Below are positions 1 to 9,249 of a stretch of DNA of 41,287 bases, one piece after another; positions within the stretch are counted from its first letter, which is position 1; the number at the start of each line of letters is the position of its first letter. Where the stretch lies: positions 1 to 41,287 of the forward strand of contig DASSNR010000034.1 in assembly GCA_035687925.1 (NCBI GenBank), in the 5' to 3' direction. The notes under the pieces are model-generated. The model did not search any database and had not been told where the DNA came from. It worked only from the letters and a program-made list of their open reading frames with translations. Origin of the DNA: Gemmatimonadaceae bacterium. Lineage in GTDB: Bacteria > Gemmatimonadota > Gemmatimonadetes > Gemmatimonadales > Gemmatimonadaceae. The position numbers and the translations under genes were made by a program.

Positions 1-816
1 GGCCAATCCGGAGTCGATGCCCCCGCTGCAGAACGTCCCCAGCGGCACCTCGCTCATCATCTGCGCATCGACCGACCGATCGAGGTGGCCGCGAAGTAAT
101 TCCGTCGCTTCCTCGAGCGACATCGCGGTGTCGGGTGATCCGGCGGGCGGCTCCCAATAGGCGTGAATCTGAAGCGCCCCATGTTCCCAGACGGCGAGAT
201 GTCCAGGCAGAAGTCGATGCACTCCATCGAAGAACGTGTGACTTCCCGCCACATAGCGGAACGTCAGATACTCGGCCAGGCTCTCCCGGCGTGCGATCGC
301 GGGCCGCTCCGCTCCGGCCAGGACGGCTTTGATCTCCGAGCCGAAGAAGAGACCTTCCGACGTGACCGTATAGAAGAGCGGCTTGATTCCGAAGTGATCG
401 CGGATCAACACCGTGCGATCGCGCCGCGCATCGTGAATCGCGAGAGCGAAGATGCCGTTGAGCCTGGCGGCGAAGCTCGGACCGTACTCCTCGTACGCGT
501 GGACGAGCACCTCGGTATCCGAATGCGTGCGAAACCGATGGCCCCGCTGCGTGAGCTCACGTGACAGCTCTCGATAGTTGTAGATCTCGCCGTTGAACGT
601 GACCCAGACGGTCCCGTCTTCATTCGACAACGGTTGCGCGCCGCCCTGCACGTCGATGATGCTGAGCCGCGTATGGCCGAGCGCAACACCGTGCGACGCG
701 TATAGCCCCACACCGTCGGGGCCCCGATGGACGATCGTGTTCCGCATGCGGACGAGACGATCGGTGTCCGCAGGGCGGCCGGTATCAGAAAAGGCGAATC
801 CGCAGATTCCGCACAT
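1..816 (-). CDS. asnB: Asparagine synthase (glutamine-hydrolysing) family amidotransferase. The N-terminal 272 codons are present; the 3' end is cut by the window edge.
   Basis: Not in the supplied ORF track because no stop lies in the window. Reverse-complement translation from ATG (complement of 814-816) reads MCGICGFAFSDTGRP...HRGPDG...NGEIYNY...RDHFGIKPLFY...FCSGGIDSGLA. This gives the Cys2 Ntn-glutaminase start plus the SGGxDS PP-loop at the window edge, in frame to nt 1. Confidence 0.88.
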   Translation of the reverse strand, partial: MCGICGFAFSDTGRPADTDRLVRMRNTIVHRGPDGVGLYASHGVALGHTRLSIIDVQGGAQPLSNEDGTVWVTFNGEIYNYRELSRELTQRGHRFRTHSDTEVLVHAYEEYGPSFAARLNGIFALAIHDARRDRTVLIRDHFGIKPLFYTVTSEGLFFGSEIKAVLAGAERPAIARRESLAEYLTFRYVAGSHTFFDGVHRLLPGHLAVWEHGALQIHAYWEPPAGSPDTAMSLEEATELLRGHLDRSVDAQMMSEVPLGTFCSGGIDSGLA

Positions 817-1154
817 ATGTCAGTGAGTGGTCTTTCACTCGGTGCACGACCGAGGCGAGAGGGAACCGAACAGCGCTGACGAAGCCCAGACGCGTCCATG
901 CAGCGGACGTCCGACGACCGACACGAGGACGCGATCAGCCACATAGTAGCGACTATGCCACCATCCTATAGCGAGCGCGCCACTAACGAGCGCGGCGCCA
1001 TCATACGCGGGAACGGTGCCAGCGCGTTTCGTCTTCGCGTCCGCCGGTTCGGCCACGGCCGATGCCGGCCTTGAAGGGGCACGAAAGTTGTTAGCCATGC
1101 AGCGTCGCGGTTCGGACAACGCAGTTCGGATCTACAACCTGGCGAGAGACCAGT
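817..1154. promoter_or_regulatory. 338-bp divergent intergenic region between asnB paralog 1 (-) and the CapK-like ligase (+); presumed divergent promoters
   Basis: Flanked by two outward-facing start codons. It contains a locally AT-richer patch (ccacatagtagcgactatgccaccatcctatagc). No -35/-10 consensus could be assigned confidently. Confidence 0.3.
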
Positions 1155-2612
1155 ATGAACACCCTCGAAGCGGTGTATCAACGCGCCCCCGTGTGGCTGC
1201 AATCCCTGCTCATGAATGGGCACGCTTGGCGTATCGAGCGCCACCGGTATGGCGCACCATTTCGTGACGCGGTGAAGCGTCTCGCCACGATGGAGCAGTG
1301 GGATGAGGAGCGCATTCGCGCCTATCAGGACGAGCGCATCCGGCACGTCGTCCAGACGGCGTACGAGCAGAGCCCGTACTACCGCGAGTCGATGCGCGCA
1401 GCGGGCGTTCACCCTGCAGAGATCCGTGGCGCTCAGGATCTTGCGCGGCTGCCGTTACTGACGAAGGACATCGTCCGATCGCGCGGCGCGGATCTGCAAA
1501 CGAGCCCCACGCCCGCACCGGGCTGGCACGCCGGACACACGAGCGGCACGACCGGCACTCCCCTCGCCATGTGGTACGATCAGACCACCTGCGTCATGAC
1601 CAATGCCGTCGATCGCCGCCACAAGCAGTGGGTGGGGCTGGGCGATGATGACTGGATCGGTCTGCTGCTGGGACGCGTGATCGTCCCGGCGCATCAGCAG
1701 CGGCCGCCATTCTGGAGAACGAACCACATTCAGAAGCAGGTGTGGTTTTCGAGCTTCCACCTGAGCGAGGAGCACATGGCGAGCTACGTCCGCGAGATCC
1801 AGCGGCGTCGGCTTCGCTTCCTCGAAGGGTACCCATCGACGCTGTTCATCCTGGCGAAGTACGTGCTGCAGCGCGGGATCGAGCTCCCCATGGACGCAGT
1901 GATCACATCGTCCGAGACGCTCCACGAGGTGCAACGACAGACGATCGAGGCGGCGTTCGACTGCAAGCTGTTCGACTTCTACGCGCTTGCGGAGCGGGTC
2001 ATCTACGCTGGAGAATGTGAAGCACACGTCGGCAAGCATCTCGCGGAGACATACGGATACACGGAAGTGGTCGACGACGATGGCGACCCCGTGCCGGATG
2101 GGGGATGTGGCTACCTCGTCGGCACGAGTCTGCACAATCTGGCCATGCCGATGATCCGGTATCGCACGAGTGATGTCTCGCGAATCATGACGGAGACGTG
2201 CGCCTGCGGGAAGTCGCTGCGCCGCATCCAGGACGTCACGACCAAGGCCGAGGACATTGTCGTCACGCCGGACGGTCGCATGATCTCACCCTCCGTGCTC
2301 ACGCATCCCTTCAAGCCGCTCGAGCACATCGCTGCGTCACAGATCGTGCAGGAGCGGCTCGACCATCTCGTGGTCAAGCTCGTCGCTGCCGATCAGCCGT
2401 CGCACGAAGAGGAGCACGCGCTCCTGCAGAGCCTACGCGATCGTCTGGGTGACGACATGACGATCGAGATCCGGAATGTCAGCGCCATTCCGAGGGATCC
2501 ATCCGGCAAGTTGCGCTGGGTGGTCTCGAAGGTGCCCCATTCCTACCTCGTGCCATGGGCCACCGACGAGCGACGCCTGGAGTCGATCGAGCGGACCGCC
2601 GCGCCGGTCTAG
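1155..2612 (+). CDS. Adenylate-forming enzyme of the phenylacetate-CoA ligase / coenzyme F390 synthetase (CapK-like) family
   Basis: 485-aa ORF with an ATG start. It has the AMP-binding P-loop-like motif GHTSGTTGTPLAMWYD, and its length and overall pattern are typical of PaaK/F390-synthetase/CapK capsule proteins. Confidence 0.8.
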   Translation: MNTLEAVYQRAPVWLQSLLMNGHAWRIERHRYGAPFRDAVKRLATMEQWDEERIRAYQDERIRHVVQTAYEQSPYYRESMRAAGVHPAEIRGAQDLARLPLLTKDIVRSRGADLQTSPTPAPGWHAGHTSGTTGTPLAMWYDQTTCVMTNAVDRRHKQWVGLGDDDWIGLLLGRVIVPAHQQRPPFWRTNHIQKQVWFSSFHLSEEHMASYVREIQRRRLRFLEGYPSTLFILAKYVLQRGIELPMDAVITSSETLHEVQRQTIEAAFDCKLFDFYALAERVIYAGECEAHVGKHLAETYGYTEVVDDDGDPVPDGGCGYLVGTSLHNLAMPMIRYRTSDVSRIMTETCACGKSLRRIQDVTTKAEDIVVTPDGRMISPSVLTHPFKPLEHIAASQIVQERLDHLVVKLVAADQPSHEEEHALLQSLRDRLGDDMTIEIRNVSAIPRDPSGKLRWVVSKVPHSYLVPWATDERRLESIERTAAPV

Positions 2613-4681
2613 GAGCGAGTCTGTACCTGTCGTGCGACCGACGCGGCGAGTGCCGTGTCGTAGCGCTGGGATGCGAAGACCTTCGTGACGTTCACGGCCG
2701 GCTTCCCCGGTCGCAGCGCCTTCTGTGCGCCGATCGCCGCCCATGACAGCGGAACCAGCAGCGCCGTCGGGAGCCAGAGCACGGTCAGGTCGGGATTCAC
2801 CCTCCTGAGTCGCGAGACGAGCTCCCGACGCGTCGGCAGCTCCGGTGCGAGGATGTGCAGCGTGTCGGGCGCTTCGTCGAAGTGGGTGGCCATCCACGCG
2901 AGCGTCTGCCCCGCGAAGCCGACATCGGCCACGCCGAGCGCATCGCGCGGCGAGCCGACCGCCACGAAGATGTTGCCCACGCGCTTCCCCAGTCGGCCGG
3001 GTGGCTCGAAGTTGTTGTAGTCCACGAGCGCGCCCGGTCGGGCGATCTTCACCGTGATACCGAGCTCCTTGCCGAGCGCGACCGCGCGGCGCTCCGACTC
3101 GAGCTTGCCCCAGACGTAGGGACCGCGCTCCTCACCGCGCGCCTCGAGTGGGCTGTCTTCCTTCAATACCGAGCGGCTGCTCGCTGCGGAGAGCACGGCG
3201 AGGCTGCTCACGTGGATGACGCGCGAGACGCCGGCTTCTGCCGCCGCGCGCAACACGCGCTCCGTCGCCTGCACGGAGTCCTTGCGGTGCTCGTCGAAGC
3301 CGCCGGCGGTCGCGGCCGCGCAGTGGATCACGACGTCCATCTGCTGGAGGAGATCCGTCGGCAGCATCTCCGAAACATCGGCCACGTGATACTCGACGCC
3401 CGGCAACTGATCCCACGCGGGCGGCGACCGGCGGGCGACCACTCGCGCGACGTCTCCGTGTGCGGCGAGCGCACGCGCGACCTCCTTGCCGAGGAAGCCC
3501 GTTCCTCCAGTGATGAGGACACGGGACGCCGTGTCCACGCGCGGAGCGATGGGGCGCGTTGGGGCGACGGCCACGCGGGCCGGCGCCTCGAGGGCGCGCG
3601 CGACGCGCTCCCAGATGCGGACGGTCTCGAGGATCTGCTCGGGCGTCATCGGCGCGGGCGCGTCGTCGAGAATCGATGTATAGAACGCCTCGAAGATCTC
3701 GCGCAGCCCGGGGTAGCTGCGCTGGCGCTTGAGGGCGCGCCGTCCGAGCGCGCGCGTGGTGCCGGAGAGCAGCTGTCGCGAGAGCCGATAGGGGTTCAGG
3801 ATCTTGTCGATGCCGGACGTGCCCGGACCGATGAGACGCTGCACCGTTCCGCGCACGAAGTCGGCGTGGACCGCGCCATTCGTGCCGATCACGCGCAGGT
3901 AGCTCTCGACCGGCCGACCCTCGAGCGTCACGGTGAGGTTGCCGGTGATCGCGCCGCTGCGCACGAGCGCGTGGAGTGTCCCCGCAGGCCCCAGGTCCAG
4001 CGCGGTGAGCTCGGCGTGGTCGCCGGGCGAGGCCGCCTCGAGGAACTGGAGCAGGAGGTAGACGGGGTGCGGCAGGATGTCGAGGAGCTGCAGGTCCGCG
4101 CGGAGCGGCGTGCGGCCGTTGGGTGAGCGGCGCACGGTGCGGAACGAGAAGTAGCTCTCGACGTGCACGATTCTGCCGAGCATCGGAAGCAGCGCGAGCG
4201 CCTCGCGAGCCGGCGATTCGTACAGCAGTTGATGACCCGCGCACAGCTTGACGCCCTTCTCCTGCGCGGCGTCGATGAGCTGCGCCGCGCCGTCGGCGGA
4301 CTCGACGAAGGGCTTCTCGACGTACACGTTGCACCCGGCGGCGACGGCTGCGTCGGCCATGGCCTGGTGCGTGGATGGCGCCGTGCAGATGTGCACGACG
4401 TCGATCGCTTCGTGCGCGAAGAGCGTCTCGAGATCGGGATAGGCGGTCGAGCCGGCGCACAGCTGCTCGATCGCCTCGCGCGCGGCGGGAGCGGGGTCGA
4501 CCGATGCAACGACCCGGGCCAGCGGGCCGAGGTGTGCGATGGCGCGTGCGTGATGCTGTCCCATCTTGCCGGCGCCCACGATGGCGACGCGGAGCGGCGC
4601 GCTCCGGGCGGGGGCCGACGTACGAGCAGCCACGTGATCCGTGGGCGCGGTGGTGGTATCCAGGCGGTGTGCGGTAGTCAT
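2609..4681 (-). CDS. Two-domain fusion: N-terminal Gfo/Idh/MocA NAD(P)-dependent oxidoreductase plus C-terminal extended-SDR NAD-dependent epimerase/dehydratase
   Basis: N-terminal half: RVAIVGAGKMGQHHARAI Rossmann motif and NVYVEKPF (the EKP motif of Gfo/Idh/MocA). C-terminal half: VLITGGTGFLGKEVARAL and YVWGK (YxxxK). I place the start at the internal ATG (MTTAHRLD, complement of 4679-4681) rather than the 741-aa ORF start at 4834, which would run through the divergent neighbour. Confidence 0.8.
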   Translation of the reverse strand: MTTAHRLDTTTAPTDHVAARTSAPARSAPLRVAIVGAGKMGQHHARAIAHLGPLARVVASVDPAPAAREAIEQLCAGSTAYPDLETLFAHEAIDVVHICTAPSTHQAMADAAVAAGCNVYVEKPFVESADGAAQLIDAAQEKGVKLCAGHQLLYESPAREALALLPMLGRIVHVESYFSFRTVRRSPNGRTPLRADLQLLDILPHPVYLLLQFLEAASPGDHAELTALDLGPAGTLHALVRSGAITGNLTVTLEGRPVESYLRVIGTNGAVHADFVRGTVQRLIGPGTSGIDKILNPYRLSRQLLSGTTRALGRRALKRQRSYPGLREIFEAFYTSILDDAPAPMTPEQILETVRIWERVARALEAPARVAVAPTRPIAPRVDTASRVLITGGTGFLGKEVARALAAHGDVARVVARRSPPAWDQLPGVEYHVADVSEMLPTDLLQQMDVVIHCAAATAGGFDEHRKDSVQATERVLRAAAEAGVSRVIHVSSLAVLSAASSRSVLKEDSPLEARGEERGPYVWGKLESERRAVALGKELGITVKIARPGALVDYNNFEPPGRLGKRVGNIFVAVGSPRDALGVADVGFAGQTLAWMATHFDEAPDTLHILAPELPTRRELVSRLRRVNPDLTVLWLPTALLVPLSWAAIGAQKALRPGKPAVNVTKVFASQRYDTALAASVARQVQTRS

Positions 4682-4708
4682 CTGTGAAAAGCGGGATGCG
4701 AGTTCCGC

Positions 4709-6241
4709 GTGCGCACGCACACCAGTCGGGCGGGCGCGCGCTCGCAGGCGCACAGCTCGAGCGCGCGTCGATCTTTGGCAAGGTTCGCGCCGATTGGGAC
4801 GGGCCCCATTCTTGCGCCATCGCGCGGCGTGCAACGACGTCCATCTTCACACGCACCACGCGTGCATTTCGGCTTTGCGCGCGACCCGCTTCGGATCACC
4901 CTGTTCCTCCTGCTGGTGGTGACCATCAGCCGGGTGCATCAGGCGCTCGGGCTGAATGCGCTGCGCCCGGCGTTCCTGCTCTTCGCGTTTGCGGCTGGCT
5001 ACGCGTTCATCACCCCCAACTCGCTCGTGCGGGAAAGCCCCTTCCGCTACTGGCCGACCCGGGTGGTGGCCGCGCTGCTGGTGATGGCGTGCCTCTCGGC
5101 GCCGTTCGGCATATCGCTCGGTGGATCGGCGTCGTTCATCCTGAGCGATTACGCGAAGGTGCTGGTCGTCGCCTTCCTGCTCATGATGGTGATTCGCGGC
5201 ACATCCGACCTGTCGATGTTCGTGACGGCGTACGTGGTCTCGGCCGGCGTGCTGGTCTGGATGGCGGTGTTCATCTTCCGGCTGCAGATGACGTCGGAGG
5301 GGATGGCACGGCTCGACAACATGTACACGTACGACGCGAACGATCTGGGGTGCGTGCTGATCACCGGTCTGCCCCTGGTAGTGCTCGCGCTGCAGACCTC
5401 GAAGCGCCGGGGCAAGGTGGTGTGCGGCGTCATCCTGGCCGGGATCGGATTGGCGATCGCACGGTCGGGATCGAGAGGCGCCTTCGTCGGGCTGGCCACC
5501 GTCGGGCTCGCGATTCTCATCATGCTGAAGGAGGTCCCGGCGCCCAAGCGCGTCGGGTTCGTCGCAGCTGTGCTGCTCGCACTGATCATCGCCGCGCCGA
5601 AGGGGTATTGGGACCAGATGCTGACGATCGTGCATCCGAAGCAGGACTACAACTGGACGGAGCGCGACGGTCGCAAGCAGATCTGGGAGCGGGGGATGCA
5701 CTACATGTGGACCCATCCGCTCTTCGGCATCGGCATCAACAACTTCGGGCGCGCCGAAGGGACGATCTCTTCGCTGGCGAAGAGCTACGAGCTCGGAGAT
5801 GCCGGCATTCGCTGGGCAGCTCCACACAATTCCTTCGTTCAGGCCGGCGCCGAGATGGGGGTCCCGGGACTCATCCTCTGGTCGTCGCTCGTGTTCGGCG
5901 GAATGGTTGCGTGCATGCGCATCCGGCGGCGGCTACCCTCCACGTGGCTGCATGGCGATCGAGAGCAGCGCTTTCTCTACCTCATGAGCGTCTACCTATC
6001 CATCTCGTTCCTGGGCTTCGCCGTCACGGCGTTCTTCGTGTCGTTCGCGTACCTGGATCCCATCTACATTCTCGCTGCGTACCTGGTCGGTTATTACCGA
6101 TCGGTCGACCTGAAGCTCCGGGAGATGCGGATCCCGAGCGGACCGCCACCGGTGCAATGGAGTCGCGTCACCGGACAGCGCGGCGGACTGGCCGTCGCCC
6201 ACGGGCGCGCCCCGCGTCCGACCCGCGTGCTCGGCGCGTAG
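4709..6241 (+). CDS. O-antigen ligase / Wzy-type polymerase family integral membrane protein
   Basis: Multi-span hydrophobic protein with the GSRGAFVGLATVGLAIL and HNSFVQAGAEMGVPGL motifs typical of the Wzy_C/O-antigen-ligase domain. The start is uncertain. The first ~50 codons are R/S/A-rich and not membrane-like, so an in-frame GTG at 4862 (VHFGFARDPLRITLFLLLV) is a plausible true start. Confidence 0.8.
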   Translation: MRTHTSRAGARSQAHSSSARRSLARFAPIGTGPILAPSRGVQRRPSSHAPRVHFGFARDPLRITLFLLLVVTISRVHQALGLNALRPAFLLFAFAAGYAFITPNSLVRESPFRYWPTRVVAALLVMACLSAPFGISLGGSASFILSDYAKVLVVAFLLMMVIRGTSDLSMFVTAYVVSAGVLVWMAVFIFRLQMTSEGMARLDNMYTYDANDLGCVLITGLPLVVLALQTSKRRGKVVCGVILAGIGLAIARSGSRGAFVGLATVGLAILIMLKEVPAPKRVGFVAAVLLALIIAAPKGYWDQMLTIVHPKQDYNWTERDGRKQIWERGMHYMWTHPLFGIGINNFGRAEGTISSLAKSYELGDAGIRWAAPHNSFVQAGAEMGVPGLILWSSLVFGGMVACMRIRRRLPSTWLHGDREQRFLYLMSVYLSISFLGFAVTAFFVSFAYLDPIYILAAYLVGYYRSVDLKLREMRIPSGPPPVQWSRVTGQRGGLAVAHGRAPRPTRVLGA

Positions 6242-6284
6242 CGTCGTGACGACCACGTCCGCTCGCCACGAGAGATAGCGCAGT

Positions 6285-8237
6285 ATGTGCGGTATCGCGG
6301 GCATCTTCTCCAGCGCCAGTTGGCGCGAGGACTCGCTCGGCCACGCGATCGAGACCATGACGGGCACGCTCACGCATCGCGGTCCCGACGATCACGGTGT
6401 GTGGACCGACGCCTCGTCCGGCGTCGCACTCGGCTTCCGTCGCCTCTCGATCGTCGACCTCTCCGAGCACGGGCATCAGCCGATGCGCTCGGCGTCGGGG
6501 CGGTTCACCATCGTCTTCAACGGCGAGGTCTACAACCACTGCACGATGCGCGCGGAGCTGGAGCAGATGGGGTGGCGGTTCCGCGGGCACTCCGACACCG
6601 AGGTGATCCTCGCGGCGTTCGAGCGGTGGGGGATCGTCGACTCGGTGAAGCGCTTCATCGGGATGTTCGCGATCGCGGTGTGGGATGCGGAGGCGAGACG
6701 GCTGTCGCTCATCCGCGACCGCCTCGGCATCAAGCCGCTGTTCGTGTCCGCGCGCGATGGGCTCGTGACGTTCGGCTCCGAGCTCAAGGCGCTCGTCGCG
6801 GGACCGCGCTTCGACCGCACGATCGACACCGACGCGCTTACGGACTTTCTGCGCTACCTCTATGTGCCGGCGCCGCGCACGATCTACCGGCATGCACAGA
6901 AGCTCCGCCCCGGGCACATCCTCACGATCACCGATCCGCGTGCGCCGCTGCCGGACTCCGTGGCGTACTGGTCCGTGGAGGACGAAGCGCGTCGCGGGCT
7001 CGCCGATCGGTTCACGGGGAGCGACGAGGAGGCGATCGACGAATTCCAGCGACGGCTTCAGGATGCGATCGAGCTCCGCCGGCAGGCGGATGTCCCGCTC
7101 GGCGCGCTGCTTTCCGGGGGGATCGACTCTTCGGTCGTAGTCGCGATGCTGCAAGGGGCGTCGATGGAGCCGATCAAGACGTTCACCGTCGCGTTCGAGG
7201 TGGCGGAGCACAACGAGGCGCAGCATGCGGCGCGCGTGGCCGAGTACCTCGGCACGGAGCACACCGAGGTGCTGCTCACGGGGCATGATGCGCTGGACGT
7301 GGTGCCACGCCTGGCCGAGATCTTCGATGAGCCACACGCGGACACCTCGCAGATTCCGGCGTACCTGATCTGCGCGGTGGCGCGCCGAGCGGTGACCGTC
7401 GCGCTCTCGGGTGACGGCGGGGATGAGGTGTACGGCGGATACAACCGGTACACGTTCGGGGAGCGGATGCTGCTGCGGATGCGGCGCGTCCCGCGGCCGG
7501 TGCGCCGGTCCGTCGCCGCGGGGATCGACGCGCTCTCGCCGGCGTCGTGGGATCGCGCGTATCGGGCGGTGGCGCGCGTGCTCCCCTCGACGTTCCAGCA
7601 CCGGCTCCCGGGCGAGAAGTTGCACAAGATGGCGCGCGTCATGAGCGCGGACTCGGTGCCGCACATGTACCGCTCGCTCCTCTCGGCGTGGCCCGATCCC
7701 GAGCACGTCGTGCGCGGCGAGCGTGAAGCGCCCGATGAGGTGGAGCACCTGCTCCAGCGACGCGACCTCTCGCGACTGCTCGATCACGTGATGCTCAGCG
7801 ATCAACTCACGTATCTCCCGGACGATCAGCTCGCGAAGGTGGACCGCGTGAGCATGGCGGTGAGCCTCGAGGCGCGCGTGCCGCTCGTGGATCATCGGCT
7901 CGTCGAGTTTTCGTGGCGGTTGCCGGCGTCGATGAAGGCGAGGAACGGGGAGGGGAAGTGGCTGCTGCGACAGGTGCTCTATCGCCTGGTGCCGCGCGAG
8001 ATCGTGGATCGGCCGAAGATGGGGTTCTCGGTTCCGCTCGAGCAGTGGCTGCGTGGACCGCTGCGCGAGTGGGCCGAGGATCTGCTCTCGACAGAACGGC
8101 TGGAGCGCGACGGCGTGTTGCACGCGGCTCCGATTCGGCGCGCGTGGGGCGAGCTCGTGTCGGGGCGGAGCGAGGTGGCGCTTGGGCTGTGGGCAGTGCT
8201 CATGTTCCAGGCGTGGCACGAGCGGTGGGCGGCGTGA
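6285..8237 (+). CDS. asnB: Asparagine synthase (glutamine-hydrolysing) family amidotransferase, paralog 2
   Basis: 650 aa. Starts MCGIAGIFSS (Cys2 nucleophile). Also has HRGPDD, NGEVYNH, RDRLGIKPLF and the LSGGIDSSVVVAML PP-loop. Confidence 0.93.
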   Translation: MCGIAGIFSSASWREDSLGHAIETMTGTLTHRGPDDHGVWTDASSGVALGFRRLSIVDLSEHGHQPMRSASGRFTIVFNGEVYNHCTMRAELEQMGWRFRGHSDTEVILAAFERWGIVDSVKRFIGMFAIAVWDAEARRLSLIRDRLGIKPLFVSARDGLVTFGSELKALVAGPRFDRTIDTDALTDFLRYLYVPAPRTIYRHAQKLRPGHILTITDPRAPLPDSVAYWSVEDEARRGLADRFTGSDEEAIDEFQRRLQDAIELRRQADVPLGALLSGGIDSSVVVAMLQGASMEPIKTFTVAFEVAEHNEAQHAARVAEYLGTEHTEVLLTGHDALDVVPRLAEIFDEPHADTSQIPAYLICAVARRAVTVALSGDGGDEVYGGYNRYTFGERMLLRMRRVPRPVRRSVAAGIDALSPASWDRAYRAVARVLPSTFQHRLPGEKLHKMARVMSADSVPHMYRSLLSAWPDPEHVVRGEREAPDEVEHLLQRRDLSRLLDHVMLSDQLTYLPDDQLAKVDRVSMAVSLEARVPLVDHRLVEFSWRLPASMKARNGEGKWLLRQVLYRLVPREIVDRPKMGFSVPLEQWLRGPLREWAEDLLSTERLERDGVLHAAPIRRAWGELVSGRSEVALGLWAVLMFQAWHERWAA

Positions 8238-8309
8238 GGCGCGAGCGCGATCGGCGCGCATGAGCACGGTGCAACGGAACACGGCAATCGAACCGGGAAC
8301 GACGATCGG

Positions 8310-9245
8310 ATGGAGATGCCAAGCATGAGCTTGCGTGGAACGCTGCGCACCCTGGGTGAGCGCGGGCTCATCGCGTCGCGTGTTCCGTCCGCCGCCCGAG
8401 CCGCGCGCCGCGATGACGCGCTGGTGCTCGCGTACCACAACATCGTTCCGGCCGGTGCACGGGCAGCAGGCGACCGCTCGCTGCATCTCTCCCAACCCGC
8501 ATTCGTCGAGCAACTGGACTGGTTGCTCGATCGCTACGACGTGGTGCCGCTCGATCGCGTGCGCGCGGACGATGCGGCGTCCGCGCGCCGCCCGCGCGTG
8601 GCCATCACTTTCGACGATGCGTATCGCGGCGCGGTGACGGTGGGTGTTCGTGAGCTCGTGCGCCGCGGCCTTCCGGCGACGATCTTCGTGACGCCGGCAT
8701 TCGTCGGCGGGAAGACGTTCTGGTGGGACGTGCTCGCGCCGCGCGACGACGAAGGGCTCGATGCGACGTTCCGCGAGCGGGCACTCGACGAATTCCAGGG
8801 CGACGACACGCGGGTGCGTGAATGGGCGCGGTCGAGCGGTCGCGCCGAGGAGCCGATGCCCGATCATGCCGAGTGCGCCACCGAGGATGAGCTGTGCGCT
8901 TCCGCGCGCCAGCCCGGCATCACGCTCGGCTCGCACACGTGGAGTCATCGCAACCTCGCGCGATTGGACGACGCGACGCTTCACGACGAGCTCACGCGTC
9001 CCGTCGCGTGGCTCGAGGAGCGGTTCGGGGCTGTGTGCCGCTGGATCTCGTACCCGTACGGCTCGTTCGATGCGCGCGTCGCACGCGCGGCACAGCGCGC
9101 GGGCTATGCCGGCGCGCTGCGAATCGACGGCGGGTGGATCGGCGGTGCGGCCCGGGATCCCTTCGCGCTGCCTCGTCTCAACGTGCCGGCGGGTCTCTCC
9201 CGGGACGGCTTCATCCTCCGGACGGCGGGACTCCTCTGCCGATGA
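8310..9245 (+). CDS. Polysaccharide deacetylase (CE4 / NodB-homology) family protein
   Basis: LVLAYHNIV, RVAITFDDAYRG (the TFDD metal/catalytic motif) and LGSHTWSHRNL (His motif). The start could also be 8316 or 8325. Confidence 0.85.
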   Translation: MEMPSMSLRGTLRTLGERGLIASRVPSAARAARRDDALVLAYHNIVPAGARAAGDRSLHLSQPAFVEQLDWLLDRYDVVPLDRVRADDAASARRPRVAITFDDAYRGAVTVGVRELVRRGLPATIFVTPAFVGGKTFWWDVLAPRDDEGLDATFRERALDEFQGDDTRVREWARSSGRAEEPMPDHAECATEDELCASARQPGITLGSHTWSHRNLARLDDATLHDELTRPVAWLEERFGAVCRWISYPYGSFDARVARAAQRAGYAGALRIDGGWIGGAARDPFALPRLNVPAGLSRDGFILRTAGLLCR

Positions 9246-9249
9246 ACTC

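Noticed and set aside
835-1119. A 94-aa minus-strand ORF, and the 83-aa plus ORF at 1016-1267, in the large intergenic gap, as possible small regulator genes.
   Set aside because: The composition is not protein-like (A/R/S/P-rich with no motif). One of them overlaps the CapK-like start. Nothing supports them beyond being open frames in GC-rich DNA.
4684-6249. A second long plus-strand ORF (521 aa) overlapping the Wzy-like gene in another frame, as a possible overprinted gene.
   Set aside because: Its translation is R/G/A/P-rich with no hydrophobic spans or motifs. The 4709-6241 frame gives a coherent multi-span membrane protein with O-antigen-ligase motifs.
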